This document shows, one piece after another, positions 8,963-17,495 of a DNA stretch of 32,000 nt. A model generated the notes under the pieces. It was not told the DNA's origin, ran no database searches, and saw nothing but the letters and a program-made list of their open reading frames with translations. The translations under genes and the position numbers were made by a program. Position 1 is the stretch's first letter. The number at the start of each line of letters is the position of its first letter. The DNA is from Candidatus Saccharimonadota bacterium (GTDB lineage Bacteria > Patescibacteriota > Microgenomatia > UBA1406 > GWC2-37-13): contig CP065004.1 in the NCBI GenBank assembly GCA_016700135.1, positions 1,410,001 through 1,442,000 on the forward strand. Reading direction: 5' to 3'.

Positions 8963-10087
8963 TTATGAAAAATAAATTGCCCGATACACTTCTTCAAGTT
9001 TGTGTTTCAGCTCATCAAGCGTGTAATTATTCTTAATCAGATAATCTGCATAAGCAATTGTCGGTCCCATGTGTGTATTCAAGAGTTCATCTAGATCGCG
9101 TTCTTCACCGAAAAGCCCTGATCGGGATTTTCGATGTTTGATCCGCTCAAATCGGATAGGTTTGTCTGCATAGACCGCAACGATAAAAATACGAGCTTTC
9201 GGAAATTCCTGTTTCAAATACTGATACTCTTCCCATGACCTCATTCCCTCAATGACCAGCAAGTTGTGTTTCCGGAGATTCTTTTCAATATCCGCTTTAC
9301 TGAGCTTTGCCATCGCTTCAAATCCGTATTTATCTCTCAATCCCTGTCTTATTTCGTGGTGCACTGCAAGAGTATGCGGCTTTTTTTGCTTTTCAATCTC
9401 TTTGTTGACAATATCAGAAAAACTGACAATGGGAAGCCCTTTTGCTGCAAAATACTGAGCAGCTTCCGTCTTGCCGGATCCCGGCATGCCGACAATGGCA
9501 ACAATAGTATTATTCTTCTGCTGCCATTTGAGAATCCGGTTTTTGATTTTCTGTTTTCCGAGAGATTTCAGAATGGACTGATTGACTTCTTCTATTGACC
9601 GGGTGCCGTCAATAGTTGAAAGCTTATCATTCTTTTCATAATATTCAAGCACCGGTGTAGTATGTGTCTTAAAAAGTTCAATTCGTTTCTTGATAGCTTC
9701 AATAGTGTCATCATCGCGCTGTTCGTTGCGATATGCCAGCCTCCACAATGCTTCCTTATCAGGAATATGGATATGGACAACCCGATCCACATTATTTTTG
9801 AATTTTTTTGCCTGTTTTAAAGTGCGGGGAAATCCGTCAAGGATATATCCCTTTTTGTATTCCGGACGGGACAGATAACTGTTTACTATCTCTATCGTCA
9901 GATCATCTGGAATCAGCAATCCGGAAGACATCAGAAGTTTTACTTTCTTGCCAAGAGGTGTCGTCTCTTTCGCAATATTGCGGAAGATATGACCGGTTGA
10001 CAGATACGGAATCTTCAATTGCTTCGAGAGCATGTTCCCCTGAGTTGACTTTCCTGATCCTTGTATTCCGATAAGAACAATCTTCAT
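8963..10087 (-). CDS. adk: Adenylate kinase (residues ~1-190) fused to a second P-loop nucleotide-kinase-like domain (residues ~193-374)
   Basis: 374-aa uninterrupted ORF. The N-domain has MKIVLIGIQGSGKSTQGNMLSKQLKIPYLSTGHIFR...YILDGFPRT... (Adk, short LID). The C-domain has a second Walker A, IVAIVGMPGSGKTEAAQYFAAKGLPIVSFSD...LLVIEGMRSWEEYQYLKQEF...RFERIKHRK. It resembles small archaeal-type dNMP/CoaE-like kinases; the family assignment is tentative. Confidence 0.85.
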   Translation of the reverse strand: MKIVLIGIQGSGKSTQGNMLSKQLKIPYLSTGHIFRNIAKETTPLGKKVKLLMSSGLLIPDDLTIEIVNSYLSRPEYKKGYILDGFPRTLKQAKKFKNNVDRVVHIHIPDKEALWRLAYRNEQRDDDTIEAIKKRIELFKTHTTPVLEYYEKNDKLSTIDGTRSIEEVNQSILKSLGKQKIKNRILKWQQKNNTIVAIVGMPGSGKTEAAQYFAAKGLPIVSFSDIVNKEIEKQKKPHTLAVHHEIRQGLRDKYGFEAMAKLSKADIEKNLRKHNLLVIEGMRSWEEYQYLKQEFPKARIFIVAVYADKPIRFERIKHRKSRSGLFGEERDLDELLNTHMGPTIAYADYLIKNNYTLDELKHKLEEVYRAIYFS

Positions 10088-10109
10088 ATTGAGATATCAA
10101 TTTGGAGTG

Positions 10110-10283
10110 TTAGTCCAGTTTCTTTTTTTCTTTATGTTCTGTGTGTTTTTTACATACAGGACAATACTTCGTTAATGTTATGGGTTCCTGTGTATTGATT
10201 TTGCTTTTTTCAGAAACGTAATTCATTGTGCTACATTCCGTGCAAACAAGACCAAAAAGAACGCGTGTACTTTTTTTTGCCAT
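10110..10283 (-). CDS. rpmG: 50S ribosomal protein L33 (4-Cys zinc-ribbon form)
   Basis: Not in the ORF track (57 aa). Own translation: MAKKSTRVLFGLVCTECSTMNYVSEKSKINTQEPITLTKYCPVCKKHTEHKEKKKLD. It has the CxxC...CxxC plus NY / HTxHKE pattern of L33. Confidence 0.85.
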   Translation of the reverse strand: MAKKSTRVLFGLVCTECSTMNYVSEKSKINTQEPITLTKYCPVCKKHTEHKEKKKLD

Positions 10284-10357
10284 AATTTTTAGCTACTTAT
10301 AACAATATAAATCCGTAAGGAAATGAGAAAAATCTATTATACACCATTGCTGCGTAT

Positions 10358-11644
10358 CTACAACGTGAATCTGTCATAGTTTTTCATCACCAGCTGAGAT
10401 TCGATCTTCTTGAACGTTTCAAGAACAACAGACACTACGATAAGGATTCCCGTTCCTCCGATAATCAAATTCTGAAGTCCTGTCACGGAAGACATAATAG
10501 CCGGAAGGATTGCGATAAGTCCTAAGAATACCGCACCGAATGTCGTAATTTTATATACAACACTCTGCAGATAGTGTTTGGTCGCCGATCCTGGGCGAAT
10601 ACCGGGGATAAATCCTCCGTGCTTCTGGATTTCTTCAGCTATTTTTTCCGGATTGAAGACGATGATAGTGTAGAAGAATGTAAAGGCAACGACAAGTATG
10701 AAATACACTGAGTTATACAAAACGCCGTCTGGAGTGAATGAAGTTGCTAATGCCGTCCCGATATTTGCCAGTGTCTGGTTCGGGACATAGCGCACGAAAT
10801 TACCGATAATCTGCGGGAAGAGAACAAAGGATACCGCAAAGATGATCGGAATAACCCCTGCCTGATTCAGCTTCAGGGGCAAAAAGTTTGTCGCTCCCTG
10901 ATACATTTTATTTCCCTTAATACGCCTTGCATAATATACGGGGATCTTGCGGACCGCTTCGTTGATAAATACAACAGCCGCAATAACCACAAGCGTCAGC
11001 GCCAAAAAGATTATGATATTGAGTGCAATTTCTGAATTGAATGTGGTGATTGTCCTTCCGATAAGTACAGGAATACGTCCGACGATACCGGCAAAAATAA
11101 GAATTGAGATTCCGTTTCCGAGTCCGAATTCCGTGAGAAGTTCACCAAGCCAGACCAAAATAAAAGTACCGGCAAGAAGCGTCAGTACGAAAGAGAAAAA
11201 CTCGATCGGCGACAACACATCAATAATCTGCTGATTTCTCAGAAGCACATAAATACCGACTGCCTGAACAAGAGTAAGCGGAACAGTCAGAAATCTCGTG
11301 TATTGATTTATCTTGAATCGCCCGTACTCTCCCTCTTTTGATAAAGCTTCAAGTTGCGGCACGACCATGGTAACAAGCTGCATAATAATGGAGGCATTAA
11401 TGTATGGAGAAAGTCCTAAAGCCATAACTGAGAAATTGACTAAGGTGCCTCCTGAAAAAATATCAAGGAGTGAAAGAAACTGACTTTGCTCAAAGAGTGC
11501 CTGCAGTCTTGAAAGGTCAATCGCAGGTACCGGAAGGTACGCAAATATTCGGAAAATAAGAATGATGAGAAATGTGATTCCTGTCTTTCGTCTCAAAGCA
11601 GGATCTTTTATGAGTGATTGAAATTTTTGAGCTATATCTTTCAT
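10358..11644 (-). CDS. secY: Preprotein translocase subunit SecY
   Basis: 428 aa, multi-TM. ...[15 protein letters not shown]..., ...[16 protein letters not shown]... and ...[13 protein letters not shown]. 4-nt overlap with rplO, canonical position. Confidence 0.95.
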   Translation of the reverse strand: MKDIAQKFQSLIKDPALRRKTGITFLIILIFRIFAYLPVPAIDLSRLQALFEQSQFLSLLDIFSGGTLVNFSVMALGLSPYINASIIMQLVTMVVPQLEALSKEGEYGRFKINQYTRFLTVPLTLVQAVGIYVLLRNQQIIDVLSPIEFFSFVLTLLAGTFILVWLGELLTEFGLGNGISILIFAGIVGRIPVLIGRTITTFNSEIALNIIIFLALTLVVIAAVVFINEAVRKIPVYYARRIKGNKMYQGATNFLPLKLNQAGVIPIIFAVSFVLFPQIIGNFVRYVPNQTLANIGTALATSFTPDGVLYNSVYFILVVAFTFFYTIIVFNPEKIAEEIQKHGGFIPGIRPGSATKHYLQSVVYKITTFGAVFLGLIAILPAIMSSVTGLQNLIIGGTGILIVVSVVLETFKKIESQLVMKNYDRFTL

Positions 11645-12081
11645 TGAACCTTTCCGCCAGCCTTTTCAATTTGTTCACGAGCAGACTGCGAAACTGGTAA
11701 TGAGACAGTTATAGCATTTTCAATTGACCCATTAGCAACCACTTTCACTCCGCGCTGTGTATCAGCTGACTCGATGATGCCCTTTTCAACAAGTGCATTC
11801 ATATCTACTGTAGCTCCTTTTTCAAAGATATTCAAGTGTGTAAGTGTAAGTAATACCGGTTTCATTCCTACCGGCTTGTTTCGGCCTTTTCCTCGAAGAA
11901 GAGGGAAACGTTTCACCATGCGGTTTTGACCTCCTTCAAAGTGAAGAGGCATTTTGGTGCGGGCGGTCTGATGACGTGTGGTACCGCGGCCTGATTTAGC
12001 ACCGGCTTTCGAACCCAATCCGCGTCCGAGTCGTTTTTTCCCTTTTTCTGTAATTTTCGGTAATTCTGTTAGATTTTTCAT
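11641..12081 (-). CDS. rplO: 50S ribosomal protein L15
   Basis: 146 aa. ...[26 protein letters not shown]...FEGGQ... Confidence 0.93.
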   Translation of the reverse strand: MKNLTELPKITEKGKKRLGRGLGSKAGAKSGRGTTRHQTARTKMPLHFEGGQNRMVKRFPLLRGKGRNKPVGMKPVLLTLTHLNIFEKGATVDMNALVEKGIIESADTQRGVKVVANGSIENAITVSLPVSQSAREQIEKAGGKVQ

Positions 12082-12098
12082 GAGATACGTGTAATTAA

Positions 12099-12767
12099 TT
12101 ATTTATCACTTTTGACCGGTTTCTTTTTCGGTGCTGTTTTTTTTGCTTTGCCCGCCGTCGCTTTTGCAGACGTGGCTTTTACTTTTGTCTCTTTTTTTTC
12201 GGCTTTTTTCGGTTTTGCTTCAGTCACTGCTTCTTCCAACACTGTTTCTTGTACGACAGCTTTAGGTTCCGATTCGACAGCTGTTTCTTCTTTCTTTTCT
12301 TCCGTGATACGCGGCTTCAACCGTTTGATTGCTTCGATGACTGCATAGGCATTGGTGATCTGATTTCGTGTTCCGATAATTTTTCCTGACGCATTGTTTA
12401 CACCTGCAATATCAAGAACGGCACGGACTACTCCTCCGACTTTCAGTCCGGTACCGGGAGGTGCCGGCTTCAAAAGAAGTCGTGAAGATTTATATTTTAA
12501 CTTAATTTCATGCGGAAGGGTATCATTATAAATCGGCAGTTTCACCATGCGTTTTTTTGCCTGGGTGATAGCCTTCTGAATGGCAGGAGGTACCTCAAGA
12601 CCCCGTCCGATTCCGATACCTACACTTCCTTCACCGTCACCGACTGCGACCAGTGCTGAAAATGAAATGTAGTTTCCGCCTGTGGTTTTTTTGGAAACAC
12701 GGCGGATATTTAGGACCCGTTCATCCATCTTATTTTCGTCGTTTTGTTTTAATTTACCTTTTGCCAT
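12099..12767 (-). CDS. rpsE: 30S ribosomal protein S5 with a ~70-aa Lys/Glu/Ala-rich C-terminal tail
   Basis: 222 aa. ...RVSKKTTGGNYISFSALVAVGDGEGSVGIGIGRG...GTGLKVGGVVRAVLDIAGV... is followed by EEKKEETAVESEPKAV...KPKKAEKKETKVKATSAKATAGKAKKTAPKKKPVKSDK. Confidence 0.93.
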   Translation of the reverse strand: MAKGKLKQNDENKMDERVLNIRRVSKKTTGGNYISFSALVAVGDGEGSVGIGIGRGLEVPPAIQKAITQAKKRMVKLPIYNDTLPHEIKLKYKSSRLLLKPAPPGTGLKVGGVVRAVLDIAGVNNASGKIIGTRNQITNAYAVIEAIKRLKPRITEEKKEETAVESEPKAVVQETVLEEAVTEAKPKKAEKKETKVKATSAKATAGKAKKTAPKKKPVKSDK

Positions 12768-12791
12768 TCTAATATAATAATTTAGTAATTC

Positions 12792-13145
12792 TTAAACGGT
12801 AATTCCGCCTTCTCGTAATCCCTCTGCCAGAGCCTTCACGCGACCTTTATAGGCGAAACTTCCGCGGTCAAATACAACTTGTGTAATTTTCTTAGCTTTC
12901 ATGAGTTTTGCCAATTCAACACCTACTTCTTTTGCTTCCTGTGTTTTGGTTTTCTTGTCACGTCCTTCAAGCTTTGATGCATCATAAGCAACAAGGGTCT
13001 TTGCGGCTTCATCATCAATGACCTGAGCATAAATGTGCACATTGGAACGGTTCACACTGACGCGCGGCCGCTCTTTAGTTCCGACAATATTTGAACTGAC
13101 TCGTCGTTTTCTTCTGAGTTTTCTTTGTAAATTTTTATTTGCCAT
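12792..13145 (-). CDS. rplR: 50S ribosomal protein L18
   Basis: 117 aa. ...[21 protein letters not shown]... and ...[24 protein letters not shown]. Confidence 0.93.
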   Translation of the reverse strand: MANKNLQRKLRRKRRVSSNIVGTKERPRVSVNRSNVHIYAQVIDDEAAKTLVAYDASKLEGRDKKTKTQEAKEVGVELAKLMKAKKITQVVFDRGSFAYKGRVKALAEGLREGGITV

Positions 13146-13163
13146 ATATATTTTGTAATTTCT

Positions 13164-13190
13164 GATAGCTATAAGCTAAAAGCTATTAAC
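13164..13190 (-). repeat. TAGCT-heptad intergenic motif, copy A (rplF-rplR spacer)
   Basis: Minus strand GTTAATAGCTTTTAGCTTATAGCTATC. The 11-mer TAGCTTATAGC is shared exactly with copies B and C. Confidence 0.75.
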
Positions 13191-13194
13191 TGAC

Positions 13195-13737
13195 TTATGC
13201 TGCCTTTGCCTTCTTTCCCGGTTTGACACGGACGTGTTCGCCTTCATAACGAATACCTTTTCCTTTGTATGCGTCAGGTTTCTTTACTGATTTGATCTGA
13301 TGGGCTACTTCTCCGACAAGCTGTTTATCGATTCCGGAGATAATAATAATATTGTTTCCCTCCATCGAAAGCTGGATTCCTTCCGGCGCCTTAAAAATTA
13401 CAGGATGCGAAAGTCCGAGTTTCAGATTCAGATCCCGTCCCTGCATTTTACCGTTAAAACCGGTTCCGACTATCTCAAGTCTCTTTGACCATCCCTGATC
13501 TACGCCTTTCACTGCATTTGCAATGATACTGCGATAAAGACCGTGAGAAGCTTTCTGTCTTTTTGCTTCTGATTTTCTTTCAATATACAGTGTGTTTTCT
13601 TCGTTTCGGATACTCAAAAAATGAGGGAGTTCAAAAGATAAATTTCCTTTTGATCCTTTTACCTGAACAACCTGACCTTGAATATCAACTTGTACAGAAC
13701 TCGGTATCTGAATTGGACTTTGGCCTATTTTAGACAT
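13195..13737 (-). CDS. rplF: 50S ribosomal protein L6
   Basis: 180 aa. MSKIGQSPIQIPSSVQVDIQGQVVQVKGSKGNLS... and ...PDAYKGKGIRYEGEHVRVKPGK. Confidence 0.95.
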   Translation of the reverse strand: MSKIGQSPIQIPSSVQVDIQGQVVQVKGSKGNLSFELPHFLSIRNEENTLYIERKSEAKRQKASHGLYRSIIANAVKGVDQGWSKRLEIVGTGFNGKMQGRDLNLKLGLSHPVIFKAPEGIQLSMEGNNIIIISGIDKQLVGEVAHQIKSVKKPDAYKGKGIRYEGEHVRVKPGKKAKAA

Positions 13738-13738
13738 C

Positions 13739-14119
13739 TTACCAAATGTAAAATAATAACTCTCCGCCTACTTGTGCTTTCTTTGCTTCACGGTCAGTGA
13801 CTATTCCCTTTGAAGAGGAAATGATCGCATGGCCCATGCCGCCTTTTACTGATTTCACATCACGGTATGGCTTATACATTCTTCTTCCCGGAGTTGAGAA
13901 TACACGCACATCAGTGAGTGCCGGGACGCCTTCATCATAACGTAAGTCAATGATGATCGTCTTGATTATCTCTCCCTCAATACGATAGTCAGCGACATAG
14001 CCCAGCTCTTTCAGCTTGCGTACCACTGATTCACGATACTTGGAATAAGGAGAAACAATCTGTTCCCTCTTTGCCATGTATCCATTTTTTATTCGTATGA
14101 TGAGATCGATAACTGACAT
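13739..14119 (-). CDS. rpsH: 30S ribosomal protein S8
   Basis: 126 aa. ...DLIIRIKNGYMAKRE... and ...GGMGHAIISSSKGIVTDREAKKAQVGGELLFYIW. Confidence 0.95.
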   Translation of the reverse strand: MSVIDLIIRIKNGYMAKREQIVSPYSKYRESVVRKLKELGYVADYRIEGEIIKTIIIDLRYDEGVPALTDVRVFSTPGRRMYKPYRDVKSVKGGMGHAIISSSKGIVTDREAKKAQVGGELLFYIW

Positions 14120-14158
14120 ATTGTTTATTTAATTTCCAATTTTATGTAATTTAATTTA

Positions 14159-14183
14159 ATTGCTATAAGCTAACAGCTAACTG
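14159..14183 (-). repeat. TAGCT-heptad intergenic motif, copy B (rpsS-rpsH spacer)
   Basis: Minus strand GCAGTTAGCTGTTAGCTTATAGCAAT, containing the shared 11-mer TAGCTTATAGC. Confidence 0.75.
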
Positions 14184-14191
14184 CTGATACA

Positions 14192-14476
14192 TTAGGTCTT
14201 ATCTGCCGTTCTCTTGGTAACCTTTCCGTGACCTCTAAAGGTGCGGGTCGGTGAAAATTCTCCCAGTCTGTGTCCGACCATTCCTTCTGAAACAAAGACT
14301 TCAATAAATTTTTTCCCGTTATGAACAGCTATTCTGTGTCCGACAAAGTCAGGATGGATCTGACAGGAACGTGCCCATGTCTGGATCGGTCTTCTCTCAC
14401 CGGATTCTTTTTGTTTTAGAACTTTTTGATGCAATTTTTCATCAATATATGGTCCTTTTTTTGCTGAACGAGTCAT
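14192..14476 (-). CDS. rpsS: 30S ribosomal protein S19, in a non-canonical position
   Basis: 94 aa. [21 protein letters not shown]...[53 protein letters not shown] closely parallels the S19 consensus (PRSLKKGPF...VHNG...MVGHKLGEF.PTR...GH). Confidence 0.93.
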   Translation of the reverse strand: MTRSAKKGPYIDEKLHQKVLKQKESGERRPIQTWARSCQIHPDFVGHRIAVHNGKKFIEVFVSEGMVGHRLGEFSPTRTFRGHGKVTKRTADKT

Positions 14477-14480
14477 AGTG

Positions 14481-14666
14481 TTACCAAGAAACTTTTTTAA
14501 CTCCGGGAATTTCTCCTTTTAATGCTTTTTCTCTAAAGCAAAGACGACACAGTCCGAATCTTCGGATATAACTTCGTGATCTTCCGCATACCGGACAACG
14601 ATTCACATGTCTTACTGCGTATTTCTGCTTTCGCTGAAATTTTACTTCATCTGATGTTTTTGCCAT
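14481..14666 (-). CDS. rpsN: 30S ribosomal protein S14, type Z (zinc-binding short form)
   Basis: 61 aa with [20 protein letters not shown]. Follows rplE. Confidence 0.93.
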   Translation of the reverse strand: MAKTSDEVKFQRKQKYAVRHVNRCPVCGRSRSYIRRFGLCRLCFREKALKGEIPGVKKVSW

Positions 14667-14680
14667 AGAGAAAAATAAAT

Positions 14681-15220
14681 TTATTTACTAAAGGGTATCC
14701 CCATTAACTCAAATAATTTTTTGCCTTGTTCACGATTTTTGGTACTGGTGACGACTGTCACTTCAAGACCGCGCAATTTGTCAACTTTATCGTACTCAAT
14801 TTCAGGGAAAATCGTCTGCTCTGTAAATCCGAGATTCAAATTTCCGTGCTGATCAACAGCTGATTCAGGAATACCTCGGAAATCACGAAGACGCGGAAGT
14901 ACGATTGCCGTCAGCTTCTCAAGGAAAGAATACATCTTCTTACCTCTCAAAGTCACTTTGACTCCGATAGCCAATCCCTTTCGGATTTTGTAAGCAGAAA
15001 TGGACTTTCTTGCTTTAGTAACAACTGTTTTCTGTCCGGTGATTTGTTCAATCTGTTCCTGAATTTTTTCAATAACTTTCTTATTCACCACAGCTTCTCC
15101 TGCACCGACATTGACGACGGTTTTGAGCACTGTAGGGACTGCAAAATCGTTTTCGATTTTGTACTCTTTTTTGAGTGCCGGTTTTATTTCTTTATTATAT
15201 CTTTCTTTCAGTCCTGCCAT
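14681..15220 (-). CDS. rplE: 50S ribosomal protein L5
   Basis: 179 aa. ...[10 protein letters not shown]... and ...[31 protein letters not shown]...[10 protein letters not shown]. Confidence 0.95.
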   Translation of the reverse strand: MAGLKERYNKEIKPALKKEYKIENDFAVPTVLKTVVNVGAGEAVVNKKVIEKIQEQIEQITGQKTVVTKARKSISAYKIRKGLAIGVKVTLRGKKMYSFLEKLTAIVLPRLRDFRGIPESAVDQHGNLNLGFTEQTIFPEIEYDKVDKLRGLEVTVVTSTKNREQGKKLFELMGIPFSK

Positions 15221-15234
15221 GGGTAAATATCAAT

Positions 15235-15543
15235 TTATATTTTTTTTCGGGATGTACTCTTAAATACCCGCTCTTTTTTCCCGTCTTTAATTTCATATTT
15301 CACACGTGACGGTTTCTTGGTTTTCGGATCGACAACCATAAGGTTTGATGCCTGGATCGGTCTCGGGACATCCATCACACCTCCTTGAGGTGTCTGTTCC
15401 GTCTTCGGCACCGCTTTTTTGTACATATTGATGCTTTCGACGACGACTTTGTTTTGCTTCGGATAAACGCGGTCGACTTTTCCCGTACGACCTTTGTCTT
15501 TTCCTGCGATCACCAAAACTGTATCACCTTTTCTTATTTTCAT
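15235..15543 (-). CDS. rplX: 50S ribosomal protein L24
   Basis: 102 aa. MKIRKGDTVLVIAGKDKGRTGKV (KOW motif). Confidence 0.93.
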   Translation of the reverse strand: MKIRKGDTVLVIAGKDKGRTGKVDRVYPKQNKVVVESINMYKKAVPKTEQTPQGGVMDVPRPIQASNLMVVDPKTKKPSRVKYEIKDGKKERVFKSTSRKKI

Positions 15544-15549
15544 AGTTGT

Positions 15550-15924
15550 TTAATAAATTTCCTCTGCCAAACTGGCAATCTTGTTGTATCCTGCATCTTT
15601 GATCTCTTTTGCGACCGGTCCGAATATACGGGTACCTTTAGGATCCTGTGTATCATTTCCTGCCAGGATTACACATGCATTTTCATCAAACCGTATATAA
15701 CTTCCGTCTGCTCTTTTGACTTCTTTTCTGGTGCGTACAATTACAGCGCGGACCACCTCTCCGCTTTTGACCTGTCCGTACGGAGCTGCTTTTTTCACAA
15801 CACCGGTAAAGACTTCTCCCAGGTAAGCAATTTTCCGATTTCCTTTTTTTGGGATACCGATAAGCTGAACTACTTTTGCTCCTGAGTTGTCTGCGACATT
15901 GAGCATTGATCTGAGTTGTAACAT
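15550..15924 (-). CDS. rplN: 50S ribosomal protein L14
   Basis: The ORF track extends to 15960, overlapping rpsQ. The L14 consensus N-terminus starts at the internal Met: MLQLRSMLNVADNSGAKVVQLIGI...; ...RFDENACVIL... is also present. Confidence 0.93.
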   Translation of the reverse strand: MLQLRSMLNVADNSGAKVVQLIGIPKKGNRKIAYLGEVFTGVVKKAAPYGQVKSGEVVRAVIVRTRKEVKRADGSYIRFDENACVILAGNDTQDPKGTRIFGPVAKEIKDAGYNKIASLAEEIY

Positions 15925-15931
15925 GGTCTTC

Positions 15932-16177
15932 TTATTTAGTAACTGTATTAACTTTTTCAATCACTCTAAAGCGTTTATCTTTAGAAATCGGGCGGGTTTC
16001 TTCAATCACAACCATATCTCCGACTAACACTCCTTCAAGATCATTATGAGCTTTCAGGTTTTTGTGACGTGTAATAACCTTCTGGTACAGATGGTGTCTG
16101 AACTTTCGTTCAATTTTCACGACAATCGTTTTCTGCATCTTGTTTGAAACGACTGTACCGGTAAACGTTTTATTCAT
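15932..16177 (-). CDS. rpsQ: 30S ribosomal protein S17
   Basis: 81 aa. ...FTGTVVSNKMQKTIVVKIERKFRHHLYQKVI...HD....GD.V.I.E.RP.SK. Confidence 0.93.
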   Translation of the reverse strand: MNKTFTGTVVSNKMQKTIVVKIERKFRHHLYQKVITRHKNLKAHNDLEGVLVGDMVVIEETRPISKDKRFRVIEKVNTVTK

Positions 16178-16181
16178 GTTG

Positions 16182-16388
16182 TTATGATTGAATTCCTAAT
16201 TCCTTTTGACGAATGAGTGTCAAAACGACTGCTAATCTTTTTTTCATTTTGAAAATCATATTTGAATCTTTTTGCGGCTTAGCTTTTCTTTCAATCTCAA
16301 GCCGGGCAATCTCTTTATGTAAAGATTCGACTTCTTTTTTCAGCTCTTCAGCGGTTTTGTTTATGTATTCTTTAGTTACTTTTTTCAT
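16182..16388 (-). CDS. rpmC: 50S ribosomal protein L29
   Basis: 68 aa helical protein between rplP and rpsQ. ...EELKKEVESLHKEIARLEIE... 1-nt TAATG overlap with rplP. Confidence 0.88.
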   Translation of the reverse strand: MKKVTKEYINKTAEELKKEVESLHKEIARLEIERKAKPQKDSNMIFKMKKRLAVVLTLIRQKELGIQS

Positions 16389-16792
16389 TATTTTGTCACA
16401 ACTTTTGTGTTAACTGTCAGTTTTGCTGCTGCATTTCTGAGAACTTTTTTTGTTTCCGCTTCACTCAGACCGTCAATTTCAAAAAGAATTCTCCCGGGCG
16501 AAACAGATGCTACAAAATATGCGACATCTCCTTTTCCGGCTCCCATCGTGACCTCCGGCGGTTTCTTCGTATATGGTTTATCAGGAAAAATACGAATCCA
16601 GAACTTTCCTTCTTTTCTAGTGGCTCGTGCTAAAACGACACGTACAGCTTCGATCTGACGATCCTTGATCCATCCGGCATCAAGAGTCTTCAAACCGTAA
16701 CTACCAAAATTAAGAGTATCTCCTTTGGTTGCGATTCTTCTCCAAGTTCCTCTGAATTGTTTTCTGTATTTTTGTCTTTTTGGTGATAACAC
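16388..16792 (-). CDS. rplP: 50S ribosomal protein L16 (GTG start)
   Basis: 134 aa. MLSPKRQKYRKQFRG...; ...RIFPDKPYTKKPPEVTMGAGKG... Confidence 0.95.
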   Translation of the reverse strand: MLSPKRQKYRKQFRGTWRRIATKGDTLNFGSYGLKTLDAGWIKDRQIEAVRVVLARATRKEGKFWIRIFPDKPYTKKPPEVTMGAGKGDVAYFVASVSPGRILFEIDGLSEAETKKVLRNAAAKLTVNTKVVTK

Positions 16793-16818
16793 GATAGTAA
16801 ATATGAACTTCTAGAATC

Positions 16819-17475
16819 TTAACTTTGGTGACAAATCCAAACTTTTACACCCACATATCCTGATTTTGTCAAAGCCGGGTACTTGGCAAATTCAACACGT
16901 TCTCTGATTGTTGAAGTCGGAATGGTACCCTGGAAATATTTTTCAGATCGTGAAATCTCGGCCCCATTGATACGTCCTCCCAACTGAATCTTTACTCCTT
17001 TTGCTCCCGTTTCCATCACTCGGGTCATAGTGCTGTGTACGACAGCACGATGCGGCAGATTGCGGACAAGCTTTTCTGCTATCGTCTGTGCAACATAGTA
17101 CGCATTTGTATACGGTTTTTTGACAGGTTCAATCTTCAATTCGATTTTTGTCTCTTTTCTCTTTTTCTTGTCTTCATTGTATGATTTCAGATAAGAAACA
17201 ATGATCTTTTTTACGTCTTCCAGTCCTTTTCCTCCCCGTCCGATGATCATACCCGGTTTCACAGAGAAGATGATAACGGTGATTTTCTTGATCGCCCGCT
17301 CGATTACCACATCGGTGACACCGGCATAACTGTACTTTTTCATCAGTTCTTCACGGATTCTTGAATCTTCAAGAATAGCATCCCGATATTGTTTCTTATC
17401 GGAAAAGAACCATCGGGAAGACCAGTTGTATACTGTCCCTAATCGTAAACCGTGTGGATGTACTTTTTGACCCAT
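16819..17475 (-). CDS. rpsC: 30S ribosomal protein S3
   Basis: 218 aa. MGQKVHPHGLRLG...W.S.W; KH domain ...IIGRGGKGLEDVKK...; ...QLGGRINGAEISRSE...G.IP. Confidence 0.95.
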   Translation of the reverse strand: MGQKVHPHGLRLGTVYNWSSRWFFSDKKQYRDAILEDSRIREELMKKYSYAGVTDVVIERAIKKITVIIFSVKPGMIIGRGGKGLEDVKKIIVSYLKSYNEDKKKRKETKIELKIEPVKKPYTNAYYVAQTIAEKLVRNLPHRAVVHSTMTRVMETGAKGVKIQLGGRINGAEISRSEKYFQGTIPTSTIRERVEFAKYPALTKSGYVGVKVWICHQS

Positions 17476-17495
17476 TAAATTAATTCAATTTCTAA

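Noticed and set aside
15385-15885. Long antisense ORFs from the track (also 5349-5795, 9266-9598, 19361-19759, 23651-23989, 25451-25912, 26087-26593, 29325-29720, 30373-30750)
   Set aside because: All lie opposite strongly supported genes. They have low-complexity or Cys/Phe-rich composition and no recognisable motifs. They are typical shadow ORFs.
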